A DNA stretch of 64,000 nt from the NCBI GenBank assembly GCA_050248815.1, contig JBFWRR010000007.1:5335-69334 (forward strand), written 5' to 3'. A program made the translations under genes and the position numbers. The notes beneath the pieces were generated by a model, which had not been told where the DNA came from, ran no database searches, and saw only the letters and a list, made by a program, of their open reading frames with translations. This DNA is from Pseudonocardia sp. GTDB taxonomy: Bacteria > Actinomycetota > Actinomycetes > Mycobacteriales > Pseudonocardiaceae. Below are positions 19,257 to 28,829 of this stretch, one piece after another. The number at the start of each line of letters is the position of its first letter. The first letter of the stretch is position 1.

Positions 19257-20891
19257 ATGACCAGTGTCATCGCGTCCCCACCCCGGCATCTCCCGCCGGC
19301 ACCCCCGGGCCCGGCCCAGCCCGTCCTGCTCCCGCCCCCGCCGGTATCCGCTCCAGCGGCCCCACGCCGGGTCGGCCGGACCGTCGGGTTGCTGGCCGCC
19401 GTGCTGCTGGTGTCGCTCAGCGGTGCGTCGTTCGTGTTGAACGTGTTCGGGCTGGGCGTGAGCGGGCTGCTGGACGAGTACGGGATCGCCCTGCTCGTCG
19501 GGCTCGTCGCATCGCTGCCCGCGGTCGCGGCGCTGCGGTTCCTCGGCCGTCGCAACCCGGCTCCGCTGTGGCTGTACGCAGCCGCCTTCGGCTGGGGCGC
19601 CGTCGTGGCGGGGGAGACGGCGGGTTGGGTGAACACCGGTGTCGACACACTGATCCTCGCCCCGATCTCTAACTCCGTCCTCGCCCTGGCCGGGCCGCCG
19701 CTCGCGGGGCCCGTCGAGGAGCCGCTCAAGGCGCTCGGCGTGGTGCTCGCCTTCGTGGTGTGCGCCCGGCACGTCCGCGGCTCGCGCGACGGGTTCGTGA
19801 TCGGTGCGCTGGTCGGGCTGGGCTTCAACTGGGTCGAGACGGCCACCTACATCGTCGTCGACGCCGCGGCCAGCGGCGTCGCGCCGTGGGCCTCGCAGTT
19901 CGGCGGACGCTTCGCCCTGTTCGCGCTCGGTACGCACGCCCTGTGGACCGGCATCTTCGGGCTCTTCCTGGGGCTCACCCGCCAGCCGGGCCGGCGTGCA
20001 TGGCTGCGGTTCGCCCCGCTCACCGGCCTGCTCGTCGTCATCGTGGCGCACGCCTGCTTCAACGGGTTCATCGTCGTCCTCGGCGGTGGCGCGTCGCCGG
20101 ACTCCGAGGCGGCGATCCCGTCGGTCAACACGTTCGTCGAGTTCCTCACGTCGTTCGGTATCGGCGCCGGGCTGGAGTTGGTGTTCGTGCCGGTGTGGCT
20201 GCTCGCCGCCGTCATGCTGTACCGCGGTCGCCGGTGGCAGGAGGCGGAGCGGGCGGGCTTCGCCGTCGCACCGGACGGGGCCCTCGGGCGGGTGCCGGGC
20301 GTCCCGGTCGCCGGGATCACCGGGGCGTGGCCGGTGGGTGCCGTCGCCGGGCGGCCGGGGTGGCCCGTGGGCGCCGCCGTGTCGTCGTCGGGTGCCGTGT
20401 CGTCGTCGGGTGCCGTGTCGCAGCCGCTCCCGGTACCCGCACCGCATCCCGCCCAGCCGCCGCTCGCGTGGCCGGTTCCCGCCGGGACGGCGACCCCCTC
20501 CGCCGCGCCCGTCCCGCCCACCGGTCTCCCGCCGCACGCACCGACCACCCTGCCCGCTGCGCGGCCGGTCACCGCACCCGCCGCCGTTCCCGCGCCTGTG
20601 ACCGGCGCAGCCGCGCCCGCCGGGAGGACCGCAGGGCAGGCCGTGCCACCCGTGGGCGGCCCGGCAGCGGCGTCGACCGCAGCACCCGCCGGCCCGGCGT
20701 CCGACCCGCCAGCCGTGTCGACCGCAGCCGTGTCGACCGCAGCCGTGTCGACCGCAGCCGTGTCGACCGCAGCGCCCGCCGGCGAGTCCCCCCGGCAGGC
20801 TGCCGCGTCGCGGCACACGTCCCCGGACATCGCGCTTCCGCAGCGCCTGCTGTCGGCCGAGGTACCCGCCCTCAGCGGCCCGCCGTCCTAG
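19257..20891 (+). CDS. PrsW-family intramembrane metalloprotease with long Pro/Ala-rich C-terminal tail
   Basis: GPVEEPLK, GLGFNWVE, HALWTG and HACFN motifs with multiple TM helices; SD AGGAG. Confidence 0.88.
   Translation: MTSVIASPPRHLPPAPPGPAQPVLLPPPPVSAPAAPRRVGRTVGLLAAVLLVSLSGASFVLNVFGLGVSGLLDEYGIALLVGLVASLPAVAALRFLGRRNPAPLWLYAAAFGWGAVVAGETAGWVNTGVDTLILAPISNSVLALAGPPLAGPVEEPLKALGVVLAFVVCARHVRGSRDGFVIGALVGLGFNWVETATYIVVDAAASGVAPWASQFGGRFALFALGTHALWTGIFGLFLGLTRQPGRRAWLRFAPLTGLLVVIVAHACFNGFIVVLGGGASPDSEAAIPSVNTFVEFLTSFGIGAGLELVFVPVWLLAAVMLYRGRRWQEAERAGFAVAPDGALGRVPGVPVAGITGAWPVGAVAGRPGWPVGAAVSSSGAVSSSGAVSQPLPVPAPHPAQPPLAWPVPAGTATPSAAPVPPTGLPPHAPTTLPAARPVTAPAAVPAPVTGAAAPAGRTAGQAVPPVGGPAAASTAAPAGPASDPPAVSTAAVSTAAVSTAAVSTAAPAGESPRQAAASRHTSPDIALPQRLLSAEVPALSGPPS
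20712..20771. repeat. 15-bp tandem repeat x4 inside the PrsW tail (encodes AVSTA)
   Basis: GCCGTGTCGACCGCA at 20712, 20727, 20742 and 20757. Confidence 0.95.
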
Positions 20892-20901
20892 CATCGGACG
20901 G

Positions 20902-21513
20902 GTGAACCTCGCCTGGCAGCCGTCGCTGTTCGACGACGGCGCGATCGAGGTCGACGCCACGTTCCGCGGGCTCACCCGCCGTGAGCTCGGCGACGGGGCG
21001 TGGGTCGACCACGTGCCCGGCTGGTGCCGCGGTGCGGACGCGCTGTTCGAGCGGCTCCTGGGGGAGGTGCCGTGGCGGGGCCGGGACGTGCACATGTACG
21101 ACCGGACGGTCACCGAGCCGCGGCTCACGCACCGCTGGCACTCCGGCGAGGAGCCCGCCGCTCCGGCCGAGCTTCTCGACATGGCCCGGCTGCTGGGGGA
21201 GCGCTACGGCGTCGCCTTCACGCAGGTCGGGGCGAATCTCTACCGTGACGGCGCGGACAGCGTCGCCTGGCACGGCGACCGCGTCGCCCGGGATCTGCCC
21301 GAGGCCGTCGTCGCGCTGGTGTCGCTTGGCGGGGTGCGCCCGTTCCGCCTGCGCCCGAAGGGCGGCGGCCCGGCCGTCGGCTACCGGCCCGGCCCCGGCG
21401 ACCTGCTCGTCCTCGGTGGCTCGTGCCAGCGCACGTGGCAGCACGCCGTTCCGAAGGTGCGTGCTGCGCCGCCGCGGATCAGCGTGCAGTTCCGCCACGC
21501 CTACGACCGGTGA
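20902..21513 (+). CDS. AlkB-like Fe(II)/2-oxoglutarate dioxygenase
   Basis: ANLYRDGADSVAWHGD (HxD), WQHAVPK, RISVQFR; TAGCAT -10 lies 7 nt upstream. Confidence 0.92.
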   Translation: MNLAWQPSLFDDGAIEVDATFRGLTRRELGDGAWVDHVPGWCRGADALFERLLGEVPWRGRDVHMYDRTVTEPRLTHRWHSGEEPAAPAELLDMARLLGERYGVAFTQVGANLYRDGADSVAWHGDRVARDLPEAVVALVSLGGVRPFRLRPKGGGPAVGYRPGPGDLLVLGGSCQRTWQHAVPKVRAAPPRISVQFRHAYDR

Positions 21514-21549
21514 GGGCCCCTGATCCACCCCCTGATCTACGCTGCGCCG

Positions 21550-22131
21550 GTGACGCGCAGGATCGGGGTGATGGGCGGGACGTTCGACCCGATCCATCAC
21601 GGCCATCTCGTCGCCGCCAGCGAGGTGGCGGACCTGTTCGACCTGGACGAGGTCGTCTTCGTCCCGACGGGGCAGCCGTGGCAGAAGTCGGAGCGGGAGG
21701 TGAGCCGCGCCGAGGACCGCTACCTGATGACGGTGGTGGCGACGGCGTCCAACCCCCGGTTCACCGTGAGCCGCATCGACATCGACCGGCCCGGCCCCAC
21801 CTACACCGTGGACACGCTGTCCGAGCTGCACGCGGCCGAGCCGGACGCGCAGCTGTTCTTCATCACCGGGGCGGACGCGCTGGCGCAGATCCTGTCCTGG
21901 CGCGACGTGGACGAGGTGTTCCGGTACGCGCACTTCGTCGGGGTGACGCGGCCGGGGTACGAGCTCGGTGACGACCACCTGCCGCACGGGGTGGTGAGCC
22001 TCGTCGAGGTGCCCGCGATGGCGATCTCGTCCACGGACTGCCGCCGTCGGGTCGCGGAGGGACGCCCGGTCTGGTACCTCGTGCCGGACGGCGTGGTGCA
22101 GTACATCTCGAAGGCGAGGCTCTACCGGTAG
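21550..22131 (+). CDS. nadD: Nicotinate-nucleotide adenylyltransferase
   Basis: [23 protein letters not shown]. Confidence 0.98.
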   Translation: MTRRIGVMGGTFDPIHHGHLVAASEVADLFDLDEVVFVPTGQPWQKSEREVSRAEDRYLMTVVATASNPRFTVSRIDIDRPGPTYTVDTLSELHAAEPDAQLFFITGADALAQILSWRDVDEVFRYAHFVGVTRPGYELGDDHLPHGVVSLVEVPAMAISSTDCRRRVAEGRPVWYLVPDGVVQYISKARLYR

Positions 22132-22132
22132 G

Positions 22133-24160
22133 TCACCAGCCCAGGAGGTCGCGCAGCGGCTGGTCGAGCAGGGGCGCCATCGTGGCCGCGTACGTGCCGG
22201 AGAGGTGGTTGTCGTCCATGTACACCAGGACGTTGCCGGCCTCGGCGGGGCACAGCTCTGCGTCGCAGAGCAGGTCTGCGGTGTCGAGGAACCCGACGTT
22301 GGCCGGCAGCGGGACCCGCATCCACGGCGGCTCGGGGGCGTAGACGGCGTCGCGGGGCACCCCGCACGCGGGGTTCTCACGTCCGTGCAGCTGCAGGCAG
22401 TCCGGTGGGGACTGGGGGAAGCGGGGGTTGTCGCGGACGGCGACGACGGGCATGCCCATCGAGCCAAGGCGTTCCCACTGCGCGAGATAGCCGGAGGGAA
22501 GCTCCTCGGTGAGCCCGGGGCGGACGTCGCGGGTCCCGATGGTGACCACGGCGTCCGGGCGAAGGCGGTCGATCTCGGCCAGGACCACGTCGTTCCAGCG
22601 GCGGCAGCTCACGTCGGCGGCGTCGGCGTTCAGCGGGCACGCGCCCTTGAGCATCGACGTCACCTGCCAGCCGTGGTGGCCCGCGAGCGGCAGGAGCGCG
22701 CCGAGGAACTGCTGGGCGTGGGAGTCGCCCACGACGACGATCCGCCGCTGCGGGGTCGCCTCGACGGGCTGCGTGCACGCGGTGTCGGTGTCGTACTCCG
22801 CGCCGGGGATCGGTACGCAGTCCCAGTGCTCGGTGTGGATCCAGTCGTCGTAGACGGCGGTGAACGGCGGTGCGACCTCGGCGGGCGCCGCCCGCAGCGC
22901 ACCGGAGATCGCGAGGGCTCCGGGGTGGTGCTCCTCGTGGAGGGCGGTCACGGTCGCGGGCGCGGCGAGCACGGCATACCAGGTGGTGCAGGTGGCGAGC
23001 ACGGTGACGAGGCCCGCGGTGGCGAGCCGGGTTCCCGACGGCCGCTCGACGAGGTGGTGGGTCGCGGCGGCGAGGGCCAGCGACACCGCGACGACGCCGA
23101 GCCCCGAGACCAGGCCGGCCCGCCGCTCACCTGTGGTCACGAGGACGAACATGAGCAGCGGCCAGTGCCAGAGGTAGAGGCAGTAGCTGAGGTCGCCGAG
23201 ATAGCGGACGGGACCGGTGCCGAGCCAGCGGTCCGCACCCCAGGCCAGGCCCGTGGTGCCCGCGACGAGCACGAGCAACGCACAGCTCGTCGGCCACAGC
23301 GCCGCGATCCCGGGGAACACCGCGCCGACCTGCAGGACCGCGCCACAGGCGACGAGCCCCACCAGCCCCGTCCAGCCCAGGACGGCACGGGTCCGGGCGG
23401 GCAGGGCGATCCGCGAGATCCCGAGTGCGAGCAGCCCGCCGAGGCCGAACTCCCACAGCCGGGTGAGCGTGTGGAAGTAGGCCAGCGGCTGGTCGCCGGC
23501 CGTGAGGGCGACGGAGAACGCGAGCGAGGCCGCCGTGAGCGCGGACAGCGTGACCGCGAGGCGCACGCGCAGCCGCGGCCCGCGCCCCGCCGCGGCGACG
23601 GCGGCGACGAGCAGCGGGAACAGCAGCAGCACCTGACCCTGGACGGACAGCGACCAGAAGTGCTGGACGACGCTGCTGGTGTTGTTGCGGGCCTCGTAGT
23701 CCACGGCGTCCGCGGCGAGCTGCCAGTTCTCGACGAACAGCAGGGACGCCACGACCTCGCGCAGCGTCTGCGGCAGGCGGCCGCTGGGCAGCACGAACGC
23801 GGCGACGGCGAGCGTGCCGAGCAGCACGGCGGCCGTCGCGGGCAGCAGCCGGGCGGCGTTGCGCGCCCACATCCGCCCCAGCGGCAGCGGCCCCGCGGCG
23901 GCGGCCCGGGCCAGGCGCCCGACCAGCAGGAACCCGGTGATCACGAAGAACACGTCGACGCCGCCGGAGATCCGGCCGAACCACACGTGGTACACGACGA
24001 CCAGTACCACCGCGACCGCGCGCAGGCCGTGCAGCTCCGGCCGGAACCCCGGGACCGCCGGTGGACGGGGTGCGCGCAGCCGCGCGAGGGTGCGGCGCAG
24101 GTGGCGCTGCAGCGACGCGGACGCGGGCGTGCGGGGCGCCCGGTGCGCGGCGATCGTCAT
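22133..24160 (-). CDS. Acyltransferase-3 plus SGNH fused O-acyltransferase (OafA/OatA-like)
   Basis: FRPELHGLRAVAV, GGVDVFFVITG, HFWSLSVQGQ, SYCLYLWHWP; SGNH domain with VGDSHA and DDNH. Confidence 0.92.
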   Translation of the reverse strand: MTIAAHRAPRTPASASLQRHLRRTLARLRAPRPPAVPGFRPELHGLRAVAVVLVVVYHVWFGRISGGVDVFFVITGFLLVGRLARAAAAGPLPLGRMWARNAARLLPATAAVLLGTLAVAAFVLPSGRLPQTLREVVASLLFVENWQLAADAVDYEARNNTSSVVQHFWSLSVQGQVLLLFPLLVAAVAAAGRGPRLRVRLAVTLSALTAASLAFSVALTAGDQPLAYFHTLTRLWEFGLGGLLALGISRIALPARTRAVLGWTGLVGLVACGAVLQVGAVFPGIAALWPTSCALLVLVAGTTGLAWGADRWLGTGPVRYLGDLSYCLYLWHWPLLMFVLVTTGERRAGLVSGLGVVAVSLALAAATHHLVERPSGTRLATAGLVTVLATCTTWYAVLAAPATVTALHEEHHPGALAISGALRAAPAEVAPPFTAVYDDWIHTEHWDCVPIPGAEYDTDTACTQPVEATPQRRIVVVGDSHAQQFLGALLPLAGHHGWQVTSMLKGACPLNADAADVSCRRWNDVVLAEIDRLRPDAVVTIGTRDVRPGLTEELPSGYLAQWERLGSMGMPVVAVRDNPRFPQSPPDCLQLHGRENPACGVPRDAVYAPEPPWMRVPLPANVGFLDTADLLCDAELCPAEAGNVLVYMDDNHLSGTYAATMAPLLDQPLRDLLGW

Positions 24161-24466
24161 CCCGTGCGCCCTCCGGGGATCCGGGCGCCGTCGCGTCCGG
24201 GGCGCCGAGCTGGTGCGGTGGGCGCATTCTGACAGCGCGCCGTCACGGCCGCTGACCGAGGGTAAATGCTTCCGGGCCGCACGCGCCACGGTGGGTCCCC
24301 CGCCCCGCCCTGCCCCGCCCCCGGGCGTGCGCGCCAGTTCGGCGGGACCCGGCTCCTGCTCGTGCCGTTCGTGCTGCTCCGGCGGCCGCCCGCAGCTGCG
24401 GGCGCGCGGGCTGCGAGACTGAGCGTGACGGCACGTCCACCGCGGCGGCCGGGAAGGCGAGGAAGG

Positions 24467-24871
24467 GTGACCGCAACCGACCACGCGCTCGAGCTGGCCC
24501 GGGTCGCCGTGGCTGCGGCCGCGGACAAGAAGGCGCGCGACATCGTCGTGCTCGATGTCTCCGACCAGCTCGTCATCACGGACTGCTTCGTCATCGCGTC
24601 GGCGGCCAACGAGCGCCAGGGCCAGGCCATCGTCGACGCGATCGAGGAGAAGCTGCGCGAGCGCGGCGTCAAGCCCACCCGGCGGGAGGGCACCAAGGAG
24701 GGCGGCTGGGTGCTCCTGGACTACGTCGACGTCGTCGTGCACGTCCAGCACGTCGAGGCCCGCGGGTTCTACGGCCTGGACCGGCTCTGGAAGGACTGTC
24801 CGGTGATCGAGTTCCCCGAGGCCGTCGTGACACCCGGCGGCGCCGCCGGTGCCGAGGACGAGCAGTGGTGA
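24467..24871 (+). CDS. rsfS: Ribosome silencing factor
   Basis: AADKKARDIVVLDVS, DCFVIASA, WVLLDYVDVVVH, FYGLDRLWKDCP. Confidence 0.97.
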   Translation: MTATDHALELARVAVAAAADKKARDIVVLDVSDQLVITDCFVIASAANERQGQAIVDAIEEKLRERGVKPTRREGTKEGGWVLLDYVDVVVHVQHVEARGFYGLDRLWKDCPVIEFPEAVVTPGGAAGAEDEQW

Positions 24872-24878
24872 CCGGCCC

Positions 24879-25496
24879 GTGACGCTGCGCCGCCTGGTGC
24901 TGCTCCGCCACGGGCAGACCGACTTCAACGCGACCGGGAGGATGCAGGGCCACCTGGAGTCCGTGCTCACCGACGCGGGCCGCGAGCAGGCCGCCCGCGT
25001 CGCTCCGGTGCTGGCGGCGATGGACCCGGCGCGGCTGGTCAGCTCGGACCTGCAGCGCGCCGTGGAGTCGGCGGACGCCATCGCCGCGGCCACCGGGCTG
25101 CCGGTGAAGGTCGACCCGCGGCTGCGCGAGACCCACCTCGGCGAGTGGCAGGGCCTGTCCGTCGTCGAGGTCGAGCAGGGCTGGCCGGGCGCGCTCGGCC
25201 TCTGGCGCGCGGACCCGGCGTGGACCCCGCCCGGTGGCGAGTCCCGCATCGACGTGGTGCGCCGGGCCATGCCCGTCGTGGACGAGCTGGACGCCGAGTT
25301 CGACGGCCCCCCGTCGGCCACGGCCGTCGTCGTCGCGCACGGCGGCATGATCGCGGGCCTGGTCAGCGGCCTGCTCGCGCTGCCGATCGTCGCCTGGCCC
25401 GCCATCGGCGGCATCGGCAACTGCCGGTGGGCGATGCTCGCCCGCCGCGACGACCATCCCCGCTGGCGTCTCACCGGGTACAACGTCGGCCCCTGA
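24879..25496 (+). CDS. gpgP: Histidine phosphatase family protein (GpgP-like glucosyl-3-phosphoglycerate phosphatase)
   Basis: LLRHGQT, SSDLQRA, LRETHLGEWQG, VAHGG; sits between rsfS and octT as in mycobacteria. Confidence 0.8.
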   Translation: MTLRRLVLLRHGQTDFNATGRMQGHLESVLTDAGREQAARVAPVLAAMDPARLVSSDLQRAVESADAIAAATGLPVKVDPRLRETHLGEWQGLSVVEVEQGWPGALGLWRADPAWTPPGGESRIDVVRRAMPVVDELDAEFDGPPSATAVVVAHGGMIAGLVSGLLALPIVAWPAIGGIGNCRWAMLARRDDHPRWRLTGYNVGP

Positions 25497-25497
25497 C

Positions 25498-26226
25498 GTG
25501 CCCGGCCCGGTCCTGCTCGTCCTCGCGGACTCCCTGGCCTTCCACGGCCCCGAGCGGGCCGAACCCGCCGACGAGCCGCGGCTGTGGCCCAACGTCGCCG
25601 CCGCCGCGCTCGGCGGGCGCTCCGAGCTGGTCGCCGGGATCGGCTGGACGGCCCGGCACGCCTGGCGCGCCCTTGCCGGCGACCCGCGCGTCTGGGCGCT
25701 GATGCCCCGGACGGACGCGCTGGTCCTCGGCGTCGGCGGGATGGACACCCTGCCCTCGCCGCTGCCCACGGCGCTGCGCGAGCTGATGCCGGTGCTGCGC
25801 CCGCCGACGCTGCGGCGCACCGTCCGCGCCGCCTACCGGGGTGCCCAGCCCGGCCTCTCGCGGGCCTTCGCGCGGCTGCCCGGCGGCGGGCCGGTGGCGC
25901 TGCCGCCCCGGCTGACCGTCGCCTACCTCGAACGTTGCCGGGTGGCCGTGCAGGCCCTGCGTCCCGGCCTGCCGGTCGTCGCGGTCCTGCCGCCGCCGCA
26001 CCGGGCCGCGGAGTACGGCGGGGTCCATCCGGGCCGGGCGCCCGCCGAGCGGGCCGTGCGGGCGTGGGCGGGCGTGCACGGCGTCGCGCTGCTGGACCTG
26101 CACGCCGTCGTCGGGGCGCACGTCCGCGGCGGGCACGGCAACCCGGACGGCATGCACTGGGGCTGGGCGGGTCACGCCGCCGTCGGCGGGGCGCTGGCCG
26201 AGGTACTGGAACCACTGCTGCGGTAA
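25498..26226 (+). CDS. octT: SGNH-fold diglucosylglycerate octanoyltransferase-like protein
   Basis: ADSLAFHGP, GWTARHAW, GGMDTLPSPLP, NPDGMHW; synteny rsfS-gpgP-octT-(degV). Confidence 0.85.
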   Translation: MPGPVLLVLADSLAFHGPERAEPADEPRLWPNVAAAALGGRSELVAGIGWTARHAWRALAGDPRVWALMPRTDALVLGVGGMDTLPSPLPTALRELMPVLRPPTLRRTVRAAYRGAQPGLSRAFARLPGGGPVALPPRLTVAYLERCRVAVQALRPGLPVVAVLPPPHRAAEYGGVHPGRAPAERAVRAWAGVHGVALLDLHAVVGAHVRGGHGNPDGMHWGWAGHAAVGGALAEVLEPLLR

Positions 26227-26244
26227 ACCGCTGGCGGGCCCGCG

Positions 26245-26269
26245 TACGGTGGTCGTCATGCGGATCTGA
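26245..26269 (+). promoter_or_regulatory. -10 element plus leaderless micro-uORF (Met-Arg-Ile-stop) upstream of the ABC-F gene
   Basis: TACGGT (26245-26250), then 7 nt, then ATG CGG ATC TGA (26258-26269), ending 50 nt before the ABC-F ATG. Confidence 0.5.
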
Positions 26270-26319
26270 GGCCGTCCACGTGCCCCTGCGCCTGCTCGCG
26301 CCTTTCTCGGAGTACCCGC

Positions 26320-27945
26320 ATGTCCTCCCTCGTCGTGTCCGATCTCGCCTTCACCTGGCCCGACGGACGGAACCTCTTCGACGGTCTCGACCTCGCCCTC
26401 GGTCCCGGCCGCACCGGCCTCGTCGGCACGAACGGCTCGGGCAAGTCCACCCTGCTGCGGCTCGTCGCCGGCGAGCTGCGGCCCACGCGGGGCACCGTCC
26501 GGGTCGACGGCGGTCTCGGCCACCTCCGCCAGGACCTCACGCTGGACGCTCGGCTGCGCGTCGACGAGGTCCTGGGCGTCGCCGCGGTCCGCCGCGCCCT
26601 GCGGGCGATCGAGGCCGGCAGCACCGATCCCGCCGACTTCGACACCGTCGGCGCCGACTGGGACGCCGAGGAGCGTGCCCGCGCCGCCCTGGACCGGCTC
26701 GGGCTCGCGCACGTCGGGCTGGACCGGCGGGTCGGCGAGGTGTCCGGCGGGGAGGCGGTCCTGCTGGGGCTGGCCGCGCAGGTCGTCCGCAGGCCCGGGG
26801 TGCTCCTGCTCGACGAGCCGACCAACAACCTCGACCTCGCCGCCCGCCACCGCCTGCGCGAGGCCGTCCTCGCCTGGCCGGGGGTGCTGCTCGTGGTGAG
26901 CCACGACCGGGCGCTGCTCGGGCTGGTCGACCAGGTCGCGGAGCTGCGCGGCGGGGCCGTCCGGCTGTTCGGCGGCGATCTGGACGATTACGAGGCGGCG
27001 CTCGCCGCCGAGCAGGAGGCTGCGCAGCGGGGGGTGCGCACCGCGGAGTCCGACGTCCGGCGCCAGGCGCGGGAGCTGGCGGATGCGCGTGTCGTGCTGG
27101 ACCGGCGCCGTCGTTACGGCCGCAAGATGTGGGCGGACAAGCGCGAGCCGAAGATCATCATGGGGGCGCGCAGGCGGGCTGCCGAGGTGTCGGCGGGCAA
27201 GCACCGCATCATGCACACCGAGAAGCTCGACGAGGCCCGCGAACGCCTCACCGCCGCCGAGGACGCCGTACGCGACGACGACGAGATCCGCGTCGACCTG
27301 CCTGCGACGGCGCTGCCTGCCGGGCGCGGCGTACTCACCGTCCGCGACGCGGTGCTGCGCAACGGCCTGCGCGTCCCCGTCCTCGACGTGCGCGGGCCCG
27401 AACGTATCGCGCTGGTCGGGGCCAACGGCAGCGGCAAGACGACCCTCCTGGAGACGGTGGCGGGCCGGCTCGAGCCCCGTTCCGGACAGGTGCACCCGGC
27501 CGTGCCGGTGCGCTACCTGCCCCAGCGGCTGGATCTGCTGGACGGCGGGCAGAGCGTGGCGGCCAACGTCGCCCGGTTCGCCCCCGACGCGGACGTCACC
27601 GAGATCCGCACCCGGCTGGCCCGCTTCCTGTTCCGGGGTGAGCGGGCCGACCAGCCGGTGGCCACGCTCTCCGGCGGCGAGCGCTTCCGCGCGACCCTCG
27701 CGGCACTGCTGCTCGCCACTCCCGCTCCGCAGCTCCTCCTGCTCGACGAGCCCACCAACAACCTCGACCTCGCGAGCGCCCGCCGGCTGCGCGAGGCGCT
27801 GGCCGCCCACCGGGGCGCCCTGGTCGTCGCGAGCCACGACGTGGCCTTCCTGCAAGGCATCGGGATCACCCGCTGGCTACGCGTCACCGGTGAGGTCCTG
27901 GAGGATCGGGGAACGCGCGAACCGGACTGGTCGAGCCCGGACTAG
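26320..27945 (+). CDS. ABC-F family ribosome-associated ATPase
   Basis: Two NBDs (GTNGSGKS/VSGGE/LLLDEPTNNLD and GANGSGKT/LSGGE/LLLDEPTNNLD) joined by a helical linker; no TM segments. Confidence 0.93.
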   Translation: MSSLVVSDLAFTWPDGRNLFDGLDLALGPGRTGLVGTNGSGKSTLLRLVAGELRPTRGTVRVDGGLGHLRQDLTLDARLRVDEVLGVAAVRRALRAIEAGSTDPADFDTVGADWDAEERARAALDRLGLAHVGLDRRVGEVSGGEAVLLGLAAQVVRRPGVLLLDEPTNNLDLAARHRLREAVLAWPGVLLVVSHDRALLGLVDQVAELRGGAVRLFGGDLDDYEAALAAEQEAAQRGVRTAESDVRRQARELADARVVLDRRRRYGRKMWADKREPKIIMGARRRAAEVSAGKHRIMHTEKLDEARERLTAAEDAVRDDDEIRVDLPATALPAGRGVLTVRDAVLRNGLRVPVLDVRGPERIALVGANGSGKTTLLETVAGRLEPRSGQVHPAVPVRYLPQRLDLLDGGQSVAANVARFAPDADVTEIRTRLARFLFRGERADQPVATLSGGERFRATLAALLLATPAPQLLLLDEPTNNLDLASARRLREALAAHRGALVVASHDVAFLQGIGITRWLRVTGEVLEDRGTREPDWSSPD

Positions 27946-27956
27946 GGTGGCGCGTC

Positions 27957-28829
27957 GTGCCGAGCGCTCCCCGCACCGACTCCCGCATTGCGGTCGTGAC
28001 CGACTCCACCGCCTACCTGCCCGCCGACGCCGTCGCGGAGCGCGGCATCCGCGTCGTACCGCTGGAGGTGCGGCTGGGGGAGCGCGTCGGCCGCGAGGGC
28101 GTCGACGTCACCACGGCCGAGCTGATCACCGCGCTCGCGGACCGGCAGCTCGACGTCCAGACCTCGCGGCCCAACCCGGCCGAGTTCGCCGGCTGCTACC
28201 GGGAGGCGCTCGACGCCGGTGCGCGCGGCGTCGTCTCGGTGCACATCTCGCGCGAGCTGTCGGGCACGTGGGAGGCGGCGCGCATCGCGGCCGACGAGGT
28301 GGGTCCCGAGCGCGTGCGCGTCGTCGACTCCCGCTCCGCCGCCATGGGACTCGGCTACGCCGTCCTCGCCGCGGCGGACGCCGCCGCCGCGGGGGCCGAC
28401 GGTGCGGCCGTCGAGGATGCGGCTGCCGACGTGGCCCGCCGCTGCCGGATGTTCTTCAGCGTCGACACGCTCGACCGGCTCCGCCGCGGCGGGCGTATCG
28501 GGACCACCGCCGCCCTCGTCGGGACGGCGCTGTCGGTGAAGCCGCTGCTGCACGTCGAGGACGGCCGGATCGTGCCGCTGGAGAAGGTGCGCACCACCGC
28601 GCGGGCCGCCCAGCGCCTCCGCGATCTCGCCCTCGCGGCCGCGGGATCGGGGCCGGTCGACGTCGCCGTGCACCACCTCGGCGCCCCGGAGCGGGCCGAG
28701 TCCCTGGCCGCGGAGCTGCGCGAACGCCTGCCGCGGATGAGGCGACTCGTCGTCTCCGAGGTCGGGGCCGTGATCGGGGCGCACGCGGGGGCGGGGCTGC
28801 TCGGAGTGGTCGTGGTGCCGGAGGGCTGA
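27957..28829 (+). CDS. DegV family fatty-acid-binding protein
   Basis: VVTDSTAYLP, TSRPNP, HISRELSGT, LRRGGRIG, VIGAHAG. Confidence 0.95.
   Translation: MPSAPRTDSRIAVVTDSTAYLPADAVAERGIRVVPLEVRLGERVGREGVDVTTAELITALADRQLDVQTSRPNPAEFAGCYREALDAGARGVVSVHISRELSGTWEAARIAADEVGPERVRVVDSRSAAMGLGYAVLAAADAAAAGADGAAVEDAAADVARRCRMFFSVDTLDRLRRGGRIGTTAALVGTALSVKPLLHVEDGRIVPLEKVRTTARAAQRLRDLALAAAGSGPVDVAVHHLGAPERAESLAAELRERLPRMRRLVVSEVGAVIGAHAGAGLLGVVVVPEG

Noticed and set aside
20873-20894. PafBC-type promoter for the alkB-like gene
   Set aside because: The -10 (TAGCAT) is good, but the hexamer 10 nt upstream is CAGCGG, only 3 of 6 matching TGTCGG.
24161-24466. tRNA or other ncRNA in the 300-nt gap before rsfS (and other gaps)
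   Set aside because: No T-loop GTTCRA with a cloverleaf could be built; I found no tRNA, rRNA or tmRNA signature by eye anywhere in the window.
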